The notes under the pieces: model-generated
Told to the model about the DNA's origin: nothing
The model's input: the letters and a program-made list of their open reading frames with translations, nothing else
Databases searched by the model: none
NCBI GenBank assembly: GCA_903852755.1
Contig: CAINRS010000057.1
Span: 505 to 64,504, forward strand
DNA: 64,000 bases
Direction of reading: 5' to 3'
Origin: an uncultured Actinomycetes bacterium
GTDB taxonomy: Bacteria > Actinomycetota > Acidimicrobiia > Acidimicrobiales > Microtrichaceae
Program-made: the position numbers and the translations under genes
Shown: piece after piece, positions 9,224 to 17,482 of the stretch
Position numbering within the stretch: position 1 is the first letter of the stretch
Layout: the number at the start of each line of letters is the position of its first letter

Positions 9224-11281
9224 GTGCAGCTGCTCGAGTACGCGATCCGGGGAGTCCCCACCGGCTGCGTCTTCGCGCTCCTCGCCGTCGGGCTCGTCCT
9301 GACCTACAAGACCTCAGGGGTGTTCAACCTGGCCTTCGCCGGTCAGGCCTACGTCTCGGCGATCGTCTACTACGAGCTCCGCAAGGAGCTCGAGCTGCCG
9401 CTCGTGGCGGCCGGCGTGATCTCGATCCTGATCGTGGCTCCACTCATCGGCCTGCTGCTCGAGCGCGTCCTGTTCCGGTACCTGCGCTCAGCCGGATCGA
9501 TGGCCAAGCTCGTCACCTCACTGGGTCTGCTGATCGCCATCCCCGAGATCGCCAAGCTCCTCTTCGGGAGCGAGACCCGCCGCAATCCACCCCCGCTGTG
9601 GTGGGTCCGCCGGACCGACGAGTGGCTCTGGCCCGAGGGCGCGACGTTCGTGCTGGACGCCGGGCAGGTCGCCACGATCCTGTCGACCGTGGTCGTCGTG
9701 ATCGGCCTGGTGGTGCTGTTCCGCGCCACCAACCTCGGCCTGCGCATGCGGGCCGTGGTCGAGAGTCCGCGACTCGCCGAGCTCAGCGGCGTGGACAGCG
9801 AGCGGGTGTCCATGGCGGCGTGGATGCTCTCGAGTGTGCTGGCCGGACTCGCCGGGGTGCTCGTCGCACCGCTGTTCGCCTCGCTCAACCCGTTCGACCT
9901 GTTCACCCTGCTCGTGGCGGCGCTCGCCGCAACGGTCTTTGGCGGGCTGACCAGCATCCCGCTGACGTTCCTCGGCGGCATCCTGCTCGGGGTGCTGCAG
10001 GCGGTCCTCGCCGGCACGCTGCCGACCGACAGCGTGCTGACCAACGGCCTGCGTCCGTCGCTGCCGTTCGTGGTCCTGTTCCTGCTGCTGTTGTTCCGAC
10101 CCGGCCTGCGCACGACCCGTGAGCTGACCGACCCACTCGCCAGCGTGGACGCACCTCCCCCTCCCCCGGCGGCCCGGGCCAGGCCGCCGTGGATCGCCAC
10201 GAGCGCCCGCGTGTTCGGCACCGTGGTCTCACTCATCGCAGTCGCCCTCTGCTGGTTCGTGCTCGACTCCTACTGGCTGGGACTCGCGATCAGTGGCCTG
10301 GTGCTCTCGGTCACGATGATGTCGCTGATCGTCGTCGTCGGGATGGGCGGCATGCTCTCGCTGTGCCAGGCGGCGCTGGCCGCCATCGGGGCGTTCGCCA
10401 TGGCCCAGGTGGTCGCCGGGACGGGAGTCCCGGTCGTCCTGGGCCTGGTCGTCGGTGTGGTCGTCGCGGCCGCCATCGGTGCGCTGCTCGCCATCCCGGT
10501 CGTCCGGCTCGACGGCGTGTACCTGGCGCTCGCGACCCTGGCGTTCGCGCTCATGTTCCAGTCGATCTTCGTGCCGCTGTCGTGGGTCAGCGGTGGCGCC
10601 GTGCCCATCACCGTGCCCCGACCGGTGATCGGACCGCTCGACCTGTCCGACGACCGGTACTTCCTGGTGTTCGTCATCGTCTGCGCCGTCGCGACCGCGC
10701 TCGTGGTGATCCGCCTGCGTGAGGGCACCACAGGACGGTTCCTCCAGGCGCTGCAGACCAGCGACGTGGCCGCGGCGTCGATCGGCATCAACGGACCCCG
10801 GGCGCGGGTCGTGGCGTTCACCATCGCCGCAGGGATCGCCGGCTTCGGCGGTGGTCTCGCTGCGATCGACCTGGGTCAGGCCAGCTACGAGGCCAGCTTC
10901 CCCTACCTGATCGGCCTGGTCTGGGTCGCGCTGCTCGTCTCGGCCGGCGCGCGCAGCATCCAGGCTGCCGTGCTCTCGGGTCTCTTCTTCTTCCTGTTCC
11001 CGGCCCTGCTCGACAAGCTGTTCGCCCTCCCCGGCAACTGGGTCGACACCAACCCGGATGCCCCGTCGTGGGTGGCCGGGATCGCCGATGCGATCCAGCC
11101 GACGTGGGCCCAGTCCGTGGCATTCATCCTGTTCGGCATCGGCGCCATCACCTACGCCAAGCACCCCGAGGGGAGCATCGAGGCGCAGACCACTGCATCC
11201 GTCAACGCGATCGTCCGCAGGGTCGAGGCCCGGAACGACCGCCACCGGGTCGCCGCCGGAGCCGGGGGGTCGGCACCGTGA
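9224..11281 (+). CDS. fused branched-chain-type ABC permease (LivH-like and LivM-like domains in one polypeptide)
   Basis: 685 aa and highly hydrophobic. The N half (GVPTGCVFALLAVGLVLTYKTSGVFNLAFAGQ) is LivH-like. The C half (MSLIVVVGMGGMLSLCQAALAAIGAFA) is LivM-like. Confidence 0.85.
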   Translation: MQLLEYAIRGVPTGCVFALLAVGLVLTYKTSGVFNLAFAGQAYVSAIVYYELRKELELPLVAAGVISILIVAPLIGLLLERVLFRYLRSAGSMAKLVTSLGLLIAIPEIAKLLFGSETRRNPPPLWWVRRTDEWLWPEGATFVLDAGQVATILSTVVVVIGLVVLFRATNLGLRMRAVVESPRLAELSGVDSERVSMAAWMLSSVLAGLAGVLVAPLFASLNPFDLFTLLVAALAATVFGGLTSIPLTFLGGILLGVLQAVLAGTLPTDSVLTNGLRPSLPFVVLFLLLLFRPGLRTTRELTDPLASVDAPPPPPAARARPPWIATSARVFGTVVSLIAVALCWFVLDSYWLGLAISGLVLSVTMMSLIVVVGMGGMLSLCQAALAAIGAFAMAQVVAGTGVPVVLGLVVGVVVAAAIGALLAIPVVRLDGVYLALATLAFALMFQSIFVPLSWVSGGAVPITVPRPVIGPLDLSDDRYFLVFVIVCAVATALVVIRLREGTTGRFLQALQTSDVAAASIGINGPRARVVAFTIAAGIAGFGGGLAAIDLGQASYEASFPYLIGLVWVALLVSAGARSIQAAVLSGLFFFLFPALLDKLFALPGNWVDTNPDAPSWVAGIADAIQPTWAQSVAFILFGIGAITYAKHPEGSIEAQTTASVNAIVRRVEARNDRHRVAAGAGGSAP

Positions 11282-12042
11282 CCGCGCCGCTCCTGTCCGC
11301 AGTGGGGGTCACCAAGCGCTACGCCGGCATCGTGGCGCTGCAGAACGTGTCCCTCGAGGTCGGACCCGCCGAGTTCGCCGCCGTCATCGGGCCGAACGGT
11401 GCCGGCAAGAGCACGCTGTTCGACTGCCTCACCGGTGTCCAGCGGCCCGACCGGGGACACGTCCACTTCGACGGTCGACCCGTCGACGGACTCCGTCCGG
11501 CGGCGAGGGCCCGAGCCGGCATGGCCCGCACGTTCCAGCGGATCGAGCTGTTCGGCGGCATGAGCGTGCTCGACCACCTGCTCGTCGCAGACCGCGCCCG
11601 TACCCGTCGCGGCGGGTTGCTCACCGACGTGTTCACCGGTTCCCGACCGTCCTCCGACGAGCTCGACCGGTGCTCGGCGGTGCTCGAACTCCTGGGCCTG
11701 CAGGAGTGGGCCGAACGCCCCGCCGAGTCACTGACACTCGGCCGGGGTCGCCTCGTCGAGCTCGCCCGGGCACTGATGTGCGAGCCCAAGCTCCTCTTCC
11801 TGGACGAACCCTCGAGCGGTCTCGACCGGCACGAGACCGACGAGATGGGTGACGCCCTGCTGCGGGTCCAGTCCGAGCGTGGGCTGGCGATCCTGCTGAT
11901 CGAGCACGACGTGCCGCTGGTGCAACGGCTCGCCGAGCGCATGTACGTCCTGGACTACGGCGAGCTGATCGCCGCCGGCCCGACCGACGAGGTCCTGGCC
12001 GACCAGAAGGTCCGGGTGGCCTACCTGGGGGCGTCGACGTGA
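11278..12042 (+). CDS. ABC transporter ATP-binding protein (LivG-like)
   Basis: Start at GTG 11278 forms a GTGA overlap with the permease stop. Walker A GPNGAGKST, signature LTLGRGRLVELARAL, Walker B LLFLDEPSSGLD. Confidence 0.9.
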   Translation: MTAPLLSAVGVTKRYAGIVALQNVSLEVGPAEFAAVIGPNGAGKSTLFDCLTGVQRPDRGHVHFDGRPVDGLRPAARARAGMARTFQRIELFGGMSVLDHLLVADRARTRRGGLLTDVFTGSRPSSDELDRCSAVLELLGLQEWAERPAESLTLGRGRLVELARALMCEPKLLFLDEPSSGLDRHETDEMGDALLRVQSERGLAILLIEHDVPLVQRLAERMYVLDYGELIAAGPTDEVLADQKVRVAYLGAST

Positions 12043-12836
12043 GCGACCCGGTGCTCGAGCTGGACCACGTGGACGCCGCCTACGGTCCGTTCCGGGCGTT
12101 GTTCGACATCAACCTCCGCGTGGGTGCGGGCGAGGCCGTGGCTCTGGTCGGGGCCAACGGCGCCGGCAAGTCGACCATCGCCCGGGTGGCGAGCGGCCTC
12201 CTGGCACCGACCGCCGGAGCCGTGCTCGTGGACGGCACCGACCTGACGGGTGCGCCACCGTTCCGCTTCGCCCGTGCCGGCATCGCGCACGCCCCCGAGG
12301 GGCGCTCGACCTTCGCATCGCTGACCGTGTCCGAGAACCTGCAGCTCGCGTTCCGCGCTGCACGACCGCGGCGCGACGTGGCCGCCGACCTCGACGAGGC
12401 GTTCACCCTGTTCCCCAGGCTCGGCGAACGACGCGACCAGGTCGCCGGCACCCTGTCGGGCGGCGAGCAGCGGATGCTCGCCCTGGCCCGGGTGCTGGTC
12501 CTGCGACCCCGTCTGCTGATCGCCGACGAGCTCTCGCTCGGACTGGCACCGATCGTCACCGCCGAGGTCTACCGGGTCCTGACCCAGGTCCGCGACGCCG
12601 GCACATCGCTGCTCGTCGTCGAACAACACCTCGACCACGCGCTCGCGCTCGCCCACCGTGTGGTGGTGCTCCAGCAGGGCGAGGTCACCTTCGACGGCGG
12701 ACCGGACGAGCTCGGCGAGCTCTCGGCGACCGTGCTGCTCCCCGCCGGGGCGCCGTCGCGCGCCGAGACCGCCGAGGCCGCCGAGACCGCCGAGACCGCC
12801 GAGACCGCCGAGGACCCCGCAGGTGGAGAACCGTGA
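12039..12836 (+). CDS. ABC transporter ATP-binding protein (LivF-like) with a repetitive acidic C-terminal tail
   Basis: GTGA overlap with the upstream gene. Walker A GANGAGKST, signature LSGGEQRMLALARVL, Walker B LLIADELSLGLAP. The tail reads AETAEAAETAETAETAED. Confidence 0.9.
   Translation: MSDPVLELDHVDAAYGPFRALFDINLRVGAGEAVALVGANGAGKSTIARVASGLLAPTAGAVLVDGTDLTGAPPFRFARAGIAHAPEGRSTFASLTVSENLQLAFRAARPRRDVAADLDEAFTLFPRLGERRDQVAGTLSGGEQRMLALARVLVLRPRLLIADELSLGLAPIVTAEVYRVLTQVRDAGTSLLVVEQHLDHALALAHRVVVLQQGEVTFDGGPDELGELSATVLLPAGAPSRAETAEAAETAETAETAEDPAGGEP
12761..12814 (+). repeat. six tandem 9-bp units (GCCGAGACC and variants) encoding the (AET)n tail of the LivF-like protein
   Basis: GCCGAGACC GCCGAGGCC GCCGAGACC GCCGAGACC GCCGAGACC GCCGAGGAC. 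The array ends 19 nt before the ADH start. Confidence 0.9.
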
Positions 12837-13921
12837 CCGGACGACCGACCCGCATTCCCGCCGCCGTGTACCGCCGACGCCGGGAGGTCCCCGTCGAGGA
12901 GCGGGAACTCCCCGTCCCCGGAGACGGCGAGGTGGTCGTCCAGGTCGCCTACTGCGGCGTGTGCGGGAGCGACCTGCACCTGATCGACGAGGGCTGGGGC
13001 ACTCCGGGGGACGTCCTCGGCCACGAGTGGAGCGGAGTCGTCGTCGAGGTCGGTGCGGGCGTGGATCTCGCAGCCGGCGACGCGGTGGTCGGCGGGCCGG
13101 CCCCCAGGTGCGGAACCTGTCCGGCGTGCGTTGCGGGTCGCCCATCGCAGTGCGGCAACCAGCCCAGGATGACCGGTTCGTTCGACGGTGCCTTCGCCAC
13201 CCACGTCGTCCGCGAACGGTCCCACGTGATCCCCGTGCCCCCCGGCCTGGACCTGCGCACCGCTGCACTCGTCGAACCGCTCGCCGTCGCCCTGCACGCC
13301 ATCACGCGTGCGCAGGTGGACCCCGGCGACGAGGTGCTGGTCTCCGGTGCCGGACCGATCGGTGCCCTCGCCGCAGCGGTGCTCCTCGGACGGGGACACC
13401 GGGTCGTCGTCGTCGAACCGGCCGCAAGCCGCCAGGACCTGGCCCGCGCCATCGGCGCCCACGCCGTCCGCTCCCCCGGCGACCTGCCGACGTTCGACAT
13501 GGCGCAGGTCGACGTGATCGCGGACGAGGCCTTCGACGTGGCCATCGAGACCTCGGGGAAGCGCCCGGCGATGGAGACCGCGCTCCAGCAGCTGCGCCGA
13601 GGTGGCCGACTCGTGCTGGTCGGGACCGGCATGGAGCAGCCGTCGTTCGACCCCAACCGGACGATCGTGCTGGAGCTCACCGTCTGCGGATCGTTCGTCT
13701 ACGACGCCGACGGCTTCGAGAGGGCCCTGGACCTGCTGAGCGGCGGCACCCTCCCGACCGATGCGCTGATCGACCGGGTCGAGTACGGGCTCGACGGCGT
13801 TGCCACCGCCGTGGCCCGGCTCGCCCGCGGCGAACACGCCGGCAAGGTGATGGTGCGTCCGGGCCTGTCGCACGACCAGCACGACCAGCACGACCAGCAC
13901 CGTCAGGAGGAGCGTCCGTGA
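12833..13921 (+). CDS. zinc-dependent alcohol dehydrogenase (MDR superfamily)
   Basis: Motifs YCGVCGSDLHL, GHEWSGVVVEVG, CGTCPACVAGRPSQC and VLVSGAGPIGALAA. GTGA overlaps at both ends. The C-terminus carries an HDQHDQHDQH repeat. Confidence 0.9.
   Translation: MTGRPTRIPAAVYRRRREVPVEERELPVPGDGEVVVQVAYCGVCGSDLHLIDEGWGTPGDVLGHEWSGVVVEVGAGVDLAAGDAVVGGPAPRCGTCPACVAGRPSQCGNQPRMTGSFDGAFATHVVRERSHVIPVPPGLDLRTAALVEPLAVALHAITRAQVDPGDEVLVSGAGPIGALAAAVLLGRGHRVVVVEPAASRQDLARAIGAHAVRSPGDLPTFDMAQVDVIADEAFDVAIETSGKRPAMETALQQLRRGGRLVLVGTGMEQPSFDPNRTIVLELTVCGSFVYDADGFERALDLLSGGTLPTDALIDRVEYGLDGVATAVARLARGEHAGKVMVRPGLSHDQHDQHDQHRQEERP
13871..13906 (+). repeat. tandem 9-bp units (CACGACCAG three times plus the variant CACCGTCAG) encoding HDQHDQHDQHRQ at the ADH C-terminus
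   Basis: Read directly from the sequence. The array runs into the AGGAGGAG RBS of the VOC gene. Confidence 0.9.
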
Positions 13922-14361
13922 GACAGGAGCTGTACCCGGCCGGGGTGCCCCGGCTGAACCACGTTGCGGTGTCGCTCCCCCCGGACCGGCTCGACGCCGA
14001 GGGCCGGGCCGCCATCACCGACTTCTACGGTGCGTGCTTCGGGTGGGTTGAGCTCGACTCCGAGACGGTCGACCGGAGGAAGCTGATCCTGGCCATCGGG
14101 CACTGGGACCAGTTCCTGTTCATCCACGCCGAGGACGAACCCATGCGCTCACCACGCATGGACCACTTCGGGGTTTCCGTGAGCTCGCTCGCCGACCTGG
14201 AGGCGACCCACGCCCGGGTCGCCGACCGGGCCGCCACTGACCCGGCCATCGACGTGATCGGGCTGAGCGTCGACGACTTCGACGTGCTCAAGGTCCACTC
14301 GTTCTACGTGCGGCACCTCCTCCCGATCATGGTGGAGGTCCAGTACTGGGAGTTCCCGTGA
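13918..14361 (+). CDS. VOC (glyoxalase/bleomycin-resistance/dioxygenase) family protein
   Basis: C-terminal 147 aa of ORF 12658..14361 reads RLNHVAVSLPPDRL...FYGACFGW...MDHFGVSV. GTG 13918 is preceded by AGGAGGAG and overlaps the ADH stop (GTGA). Confidence 0.7.
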   Translation: MRQELYPAGVPRLNHVAVSLPPDRLDAEGRAAITDFYGACFGWVELDSETVDRRKLILAIGHWDQFLFIHAEDEPMRSPRMDHFGVSVSSLADLEATHARVADRAATDPAIDVIGLSVDDFDVLKVHSFYVRHLLPIMVEVQYWEFP

Positions 14362-15359
14362 GCGGTCAACCCGTCCATCCCGTCCATCCCGTCCGCCACG
14401 GGGCGTTCGTCCCGCAGGGATGGAAACTCGAGTACTCCGGGCTCGGTGCCGCCGAAGCCTGGGCCACGTCGGTCGACTGGGCCCGCACGGCCGAGACGCT
14501 CGGGTACGACCACCTGTGGGTCTACGACCACGTGGAGACCGTCCCGCGCCGGGAGCGGACCCACGTGTTCGAGGCGTTCACCACGCTCGCTGCGCTCTCG
14601 CAGGTCACGGACCACATCGAACTCGGCCAACTCGTGACCTGCGTCGGGTACCGCAACGTGGGCCTGCTGGCCAAGGAGGCCGCCGGCATCGACGTGGTCT
14701 CCGGTGGGCGCCTGATTCTGGGGCTCGGCGCAGGGTGGTACGAGCGGGAGTACCAGGCGTACGGCTACCCGTACCCCTCGGCCCGGGACCGGCTCGGACT
14801 GCTCCGCGAATCGCTCGAGGTGATCCCGAGGCTGTGGTCCGAGGAGACCGTCACCTACGACGGCGAGTTCGTGCAGCTCGACGGCGCCTACTGCGAGCCA
14901 CAGCCGGTGCGCATGCCGCGTCCACCCATCCTGGTGGGTGGCGGCGGCGAGCAGGTCACGCTCCGCATCGCCGCCCGGCACGCGGATGCGACCAACTGGC
15001 AGGTCGGGCTCGACGCCTTCGTCCACAAGTCGGGACTGCTCGAGCGCTACTGCACCGAGATCGACCGGGACCCGGGTGAGATCGTGCGCACCCACGGCCC
15101 CGACTGCCTGATCGTGGACTCCGCAGCCGAGCTGCAGGCCTGGCTCGACGGACCCGACGGCGGTCACCTGTGGGGCGGCGTCGACCACGAGACCTACCTG
15201 CGTGACAACTTCGTGGGGACCGTCGACGAGGTCGCCGAGCGTGCCCAGGCGTTCATCGACGCCGGCTGCTCCGAGTTCATCCTGTGGTTCCGTGACGCAC
15301 CGTCGACCCGTTCGCTCACCGCGTGGATGGAGGGCGTGGTCCCCCAGCTGCGGACCTGA
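14358..15359 (+). CDS. LLM-class (luciferase-like) F420/flavin-dependent oxidoreductase
   Basis: 333 aa containing YDHLWVYDH...FEAFTTLAALSQVT..IELGQLVTCVGYRNVGLLAKEAAGIDVVSGGRLILGLGAGWYEREY. GTGA overlap with the VOC stop. Confidence 0.85.
   Translation: MSGQPVHPVHPVRHGAFVPQGWKLEYSGLGAAEAWATSVDWARTAETLGYDHLWVYDHVETVPRRERTHVFEAFTTLAALSQVTDHIELGQLVTCVGYRNVGLLAKEAAGIDVVSGGRLILGLGAGWYEREYQAYGYPYPSARDRLGLLRESLEVIPRLWSEETVTYDGEFVQLDGAYCEPQPVRMPRPPILVGGGGEQVTLRIAARHADATNWQVGLDAFVHKSGLLERYCTEIDRDPGEIVRTHGPDCLIVDSAAELQAWLDGPDGGHLWGGVDHETYLRDNFVGTVDEVAERAQAFIDAGCSEFILWFRDAPSTRSLTAWMEGVVPQLRT
14371..14397 (+). repeat. tandem 9-bp units (CCGTCCATC twice plus the variant CCGTCCGCC) encoding PVHPVHPVR at the LLM N-terminus
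   Basis: Read directly from the sequence. The array begins 13 nt after the LLM start. Confidence 0.9.
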
Positions 15360-16776
15360 GCTCCTCGAGGTGCTGGTGGAAGGCTGCGAAGAAGCAGTCC
15401 CAGTCGATCCGGTCGCCCTGCCAGTCCCCTCCCGGACCCGTGTCGTCGGCCCGAGGGAGTGACCCCTCGAGGGTCACCGGTTCGGGCACCTGGCCCACCA
15501 CGCACCCGTCGGGTCGACGGAAAACCGGTTCCTGTGCGGTGCCGGTGCAGGACCACCCCCGGTCGTGGACGGCGTGGTGGTGCTTCCGGCACAACAACAG
15601 CAGGTTCGCCATGTCCGAGGCACCGCCGAGCGCCCACCAGACGATGTGGTGCGCGTGCAACCGGTGCCGCGACGCGCAGCCCGGGAACCGACAGTGGACG
15701 TCCCTGGCCAGCAGCGCCCGGAACTGCGCCCGGCTGACGATCCTCGACCTGCGACCCAGATCGAGCTCTGAGCCGTCGGGGAGGTCGGCCACGAACCGGA
15801 GCGTGGAGCCACCGATGGACCCGGCGAGCCGACGGGCCGACCAGTGGACCCCACCCTCGCTCCGGATGGGCCAGCGGGTGAGCTCACCCGGTCGGTCCGC
15901 TCCGAGGGCCGAGAGCTCGACGTGGACCACGACCTCGGGTTGGGGGTCTCCCTCCCCCGTCGGACGTGCCAGGAAGGTCTGGGCGATCGCGAGGAGTCCG
16001 TCGACGAGACGGCGCGCCAGCGGTTCCGGCCCGCCGTCACCGGAAGGGGCCGCACCCTGTTCGACGGCGAGCTGGAGCGCACGCGTGACGACCTCGGCGT
16101 CGGCCGCCGGCAGCTGGAACGCCCCCCGGACCGAGCCCCGTTCCGTCCGTGACAGGTTGAGGAATCGGTGCTCAGCCGCCTCCGACTCGCCGTCGCGTAC
16201 CGATGCCTCCTCGACGATCCGATCACCCGTCCGCCGGAGTGCCGAACACATCCGTTCGAGCTGACCAGCGGTCGACACATCTGCCAGGTCCAGCAGGTGC
16301 TGCTCGGTACCGGGCGTGCAGACCCGGGAGATCGCCCGGACCTTGGAGTACGAGATGCGACCTTCGGCGAACGCCTGCGTCACGAGGGGCATCTCTGCGA
16401 GCCGGCGCGCCACCCGCACCTGCTCACGAGCGGCGGTGCGACCGACGCCACACTGCCAGGCCAGCCAGTGGGCCGCCGAACGACACTCCCAGCGATCCGG
16501 GCCACCGAGACGATCGAACTCGGCGAGCATCAGCAGGAACTCGCACGTCCCTGCAGCGATGCGCGCGGCAACCCGGCGGAGCCGGAGCGCGAGCTCGTCG
16601 AGGTCGACGGGATCGACCTGCGGGACGGGAGCAGCGGGAGCATCGGGAGCAGCGGGAGCAGCGGGAGCAGGCACCGGTGCGGAGCGGGGAGCGGGAGGAG
16701 ACAGCGGAACAGACGCAGGAGCAGCCGCAGGTACAGGGGCAGCGGCAGGTACAGGGGCAGGTGGGTGATCGAACAT
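15316..16776 (-). CDS. DUF222 + HNH endonuclease domain protein (13E12-repeat-like, selfish-element type)
   Basis: 486 aa. The N-terminus is a Pro/Ala low-complexity repeat, followed by a DUF222-like region (AAHWLAWQCGVGRTAAREQVRVARRL). The C-terminal HNH motif is HCRFPGCASRHRLHAHHIVWWALGG...NLLLLCRKHHHAVH. Its 3' end overlaps the LLM gene by 44 nt. Confidence 0.85.
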   Translation of the reverse strand: MFDHPPAPVPAAAPVPAAAPASVPLSPPAPRSAPVPAPAAPAAPDAPAAPVPQVDPVDLDELALRLRRVAARIAAGTCEFLLMLAEFDRLGGPDRWECRSAAHWLAWQCGVGRTAAREQVRVARRLAEMPLVTQAFAEGRISYSKVRAISRVCTPGTEQHLLDLADVSTAGQLERMCSALRRTGDRIVEEASVRDGESEAAEHRFLNLSRTERGSVRGAFQLPAADAEVVTRALQLAVEQGAAPSGDGGPEPLARRLVDGLLAIAQTFLARPTGEGDPQPEVVVHVELSALGADRPGELTRWPIRSEGGVHWSARRLAGSIGGSTLRFVADLPDGSELDLGRRSRIVSRAQFRALLARDVHCRFPGCASRHRLHAHHIVWWALGGASDMANLLLLCRKHHHAVHDRGWSCTGTAQEPVFRRPDGCVVGQVPEPVTLEGSLPRADDTGPGGDWQGDRIDWDCFFAAFHQHLEELRSAAGGPRPPSTR

Positions 16777-16851
16777 GTGTTCTGCCTACTGCCGGGGTGC
16801 GACAGTGACGTGGAGGCAGCTCCGACCGGGCACCGGCCGGGATCCCACTGC

Positions 16852-16865
16852 GCTTCCGCGGAAGC
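16852..16865. repeat. 14-bp perfect palindrome GCTTCCGCGGAAGC, copy 1
   Basis: Lies in the non-coding 16777-17038 region upstream of the HNH gene. A second identical copy is at 16946-16959. Confidence 0.85.
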
Positions 16866-16945
16866 GCCCCACTCGGACCAGCACCTTCCGCCGGACCCCT
16901 CCCGCCGGACCTTCCCACCCGACCCTCCCACCGGGCAGACACCGA

Positions 16946-16959
16946 GCTTCCGCGGAAGC
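16946..16959. repeat. 14-bp perfect palindrome GCTTCCGCGGAAGC, copy 2
   Basis: Identical to 16852-16865 and 94 bp from it. C/T-rich direct repeats (CCGCCGGACC..TCCC) lie between the two copies. Confidence 0.85.
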
Positions 16960-17038
16960 ACCCGCGCCGGTCGCAGCAGGTCACCGCAGACCGTCGCCGA
17001 TCCCGCGTCCGGTGTCGTGCGACCGCGGGAATCCCACC

Positions 17039-17426
17039 GTGAGCGCCTTCGTCTACCTCACGGCCACCTCGGTCAACGGCTGCATCGCCGATGAGGGTGG
17101 CTCGCTGCAGTGGCTCTTCGACGTCGGGGAAGGTGACACCGGCGACGACCTCGTTCGGGTTCTGCCGGGGGCCCGTGGACGACCACGAGGCGGAGCTCCG
17201 TGCACTGGCCGGTGACCGCAACGTGTGGATCGTGGGCGGCGGTGACCTCGCGGGGCAGTTCCTCGACGTCGGACTCCTCGACCGCATCGAACTGACGGTC
17301 GCGCCGGTGTTCCTCCCCGGCGGCGCTCCGTTGCTCCCCGGGTTCGTCGCCGCCACCTCGCTGCGGCTGGTGGCGACCCGGCGGCAGGGCGCCTTCGTCA
17401 CGATCGTCGACGACGTGATCCGGTGA
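17039..17426 (+). pseudogene. dihydrofolate reductase-like (RibD C-terminal domain family) gene remnant with a frameshift and internal deletion
   Basis: The N-terminal motif VSAFVYLTATSVNGCIADEGGSLQWLFDV is in the frame starting at GTG 17039. The C-terminal motif NVWIVGGGDLAGQFLDVGLLDRIELTVAPVFLPGGAPLL is in a different frame (ORF 17091..17426). The combined length of about 129 codons is well below the roughly 180 aa I expect for the family. Confidence 0.55.
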
Positions 17427-17451
17427 CGTGAACGGCTGGGCAGGCTTCGAA

Positions 17452-17469
17452 CCTGACACGCACGTCAGG
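17452..17469. promoter_or_regulatory. dyad operator copy 3 (CCTGACACGCACGTCAGG) upstream of the Ltp-type thiolase gene
   Basis: Perfect arms. Directly followed by TACTGT (17470-17475), with ATG 17483 eight nt further on. Confidence 0.75.
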
Positions 17470-17482
17470 TACTGTGCCCACC

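Noticed and set aside
12761-14397. Short tandem repeats considered as a possible CRISPR or minisatellite array
   Set aside because: The units are only 9 bp, have no spacers, and are in frame inside coding sequences. There are no cas genes in the window.
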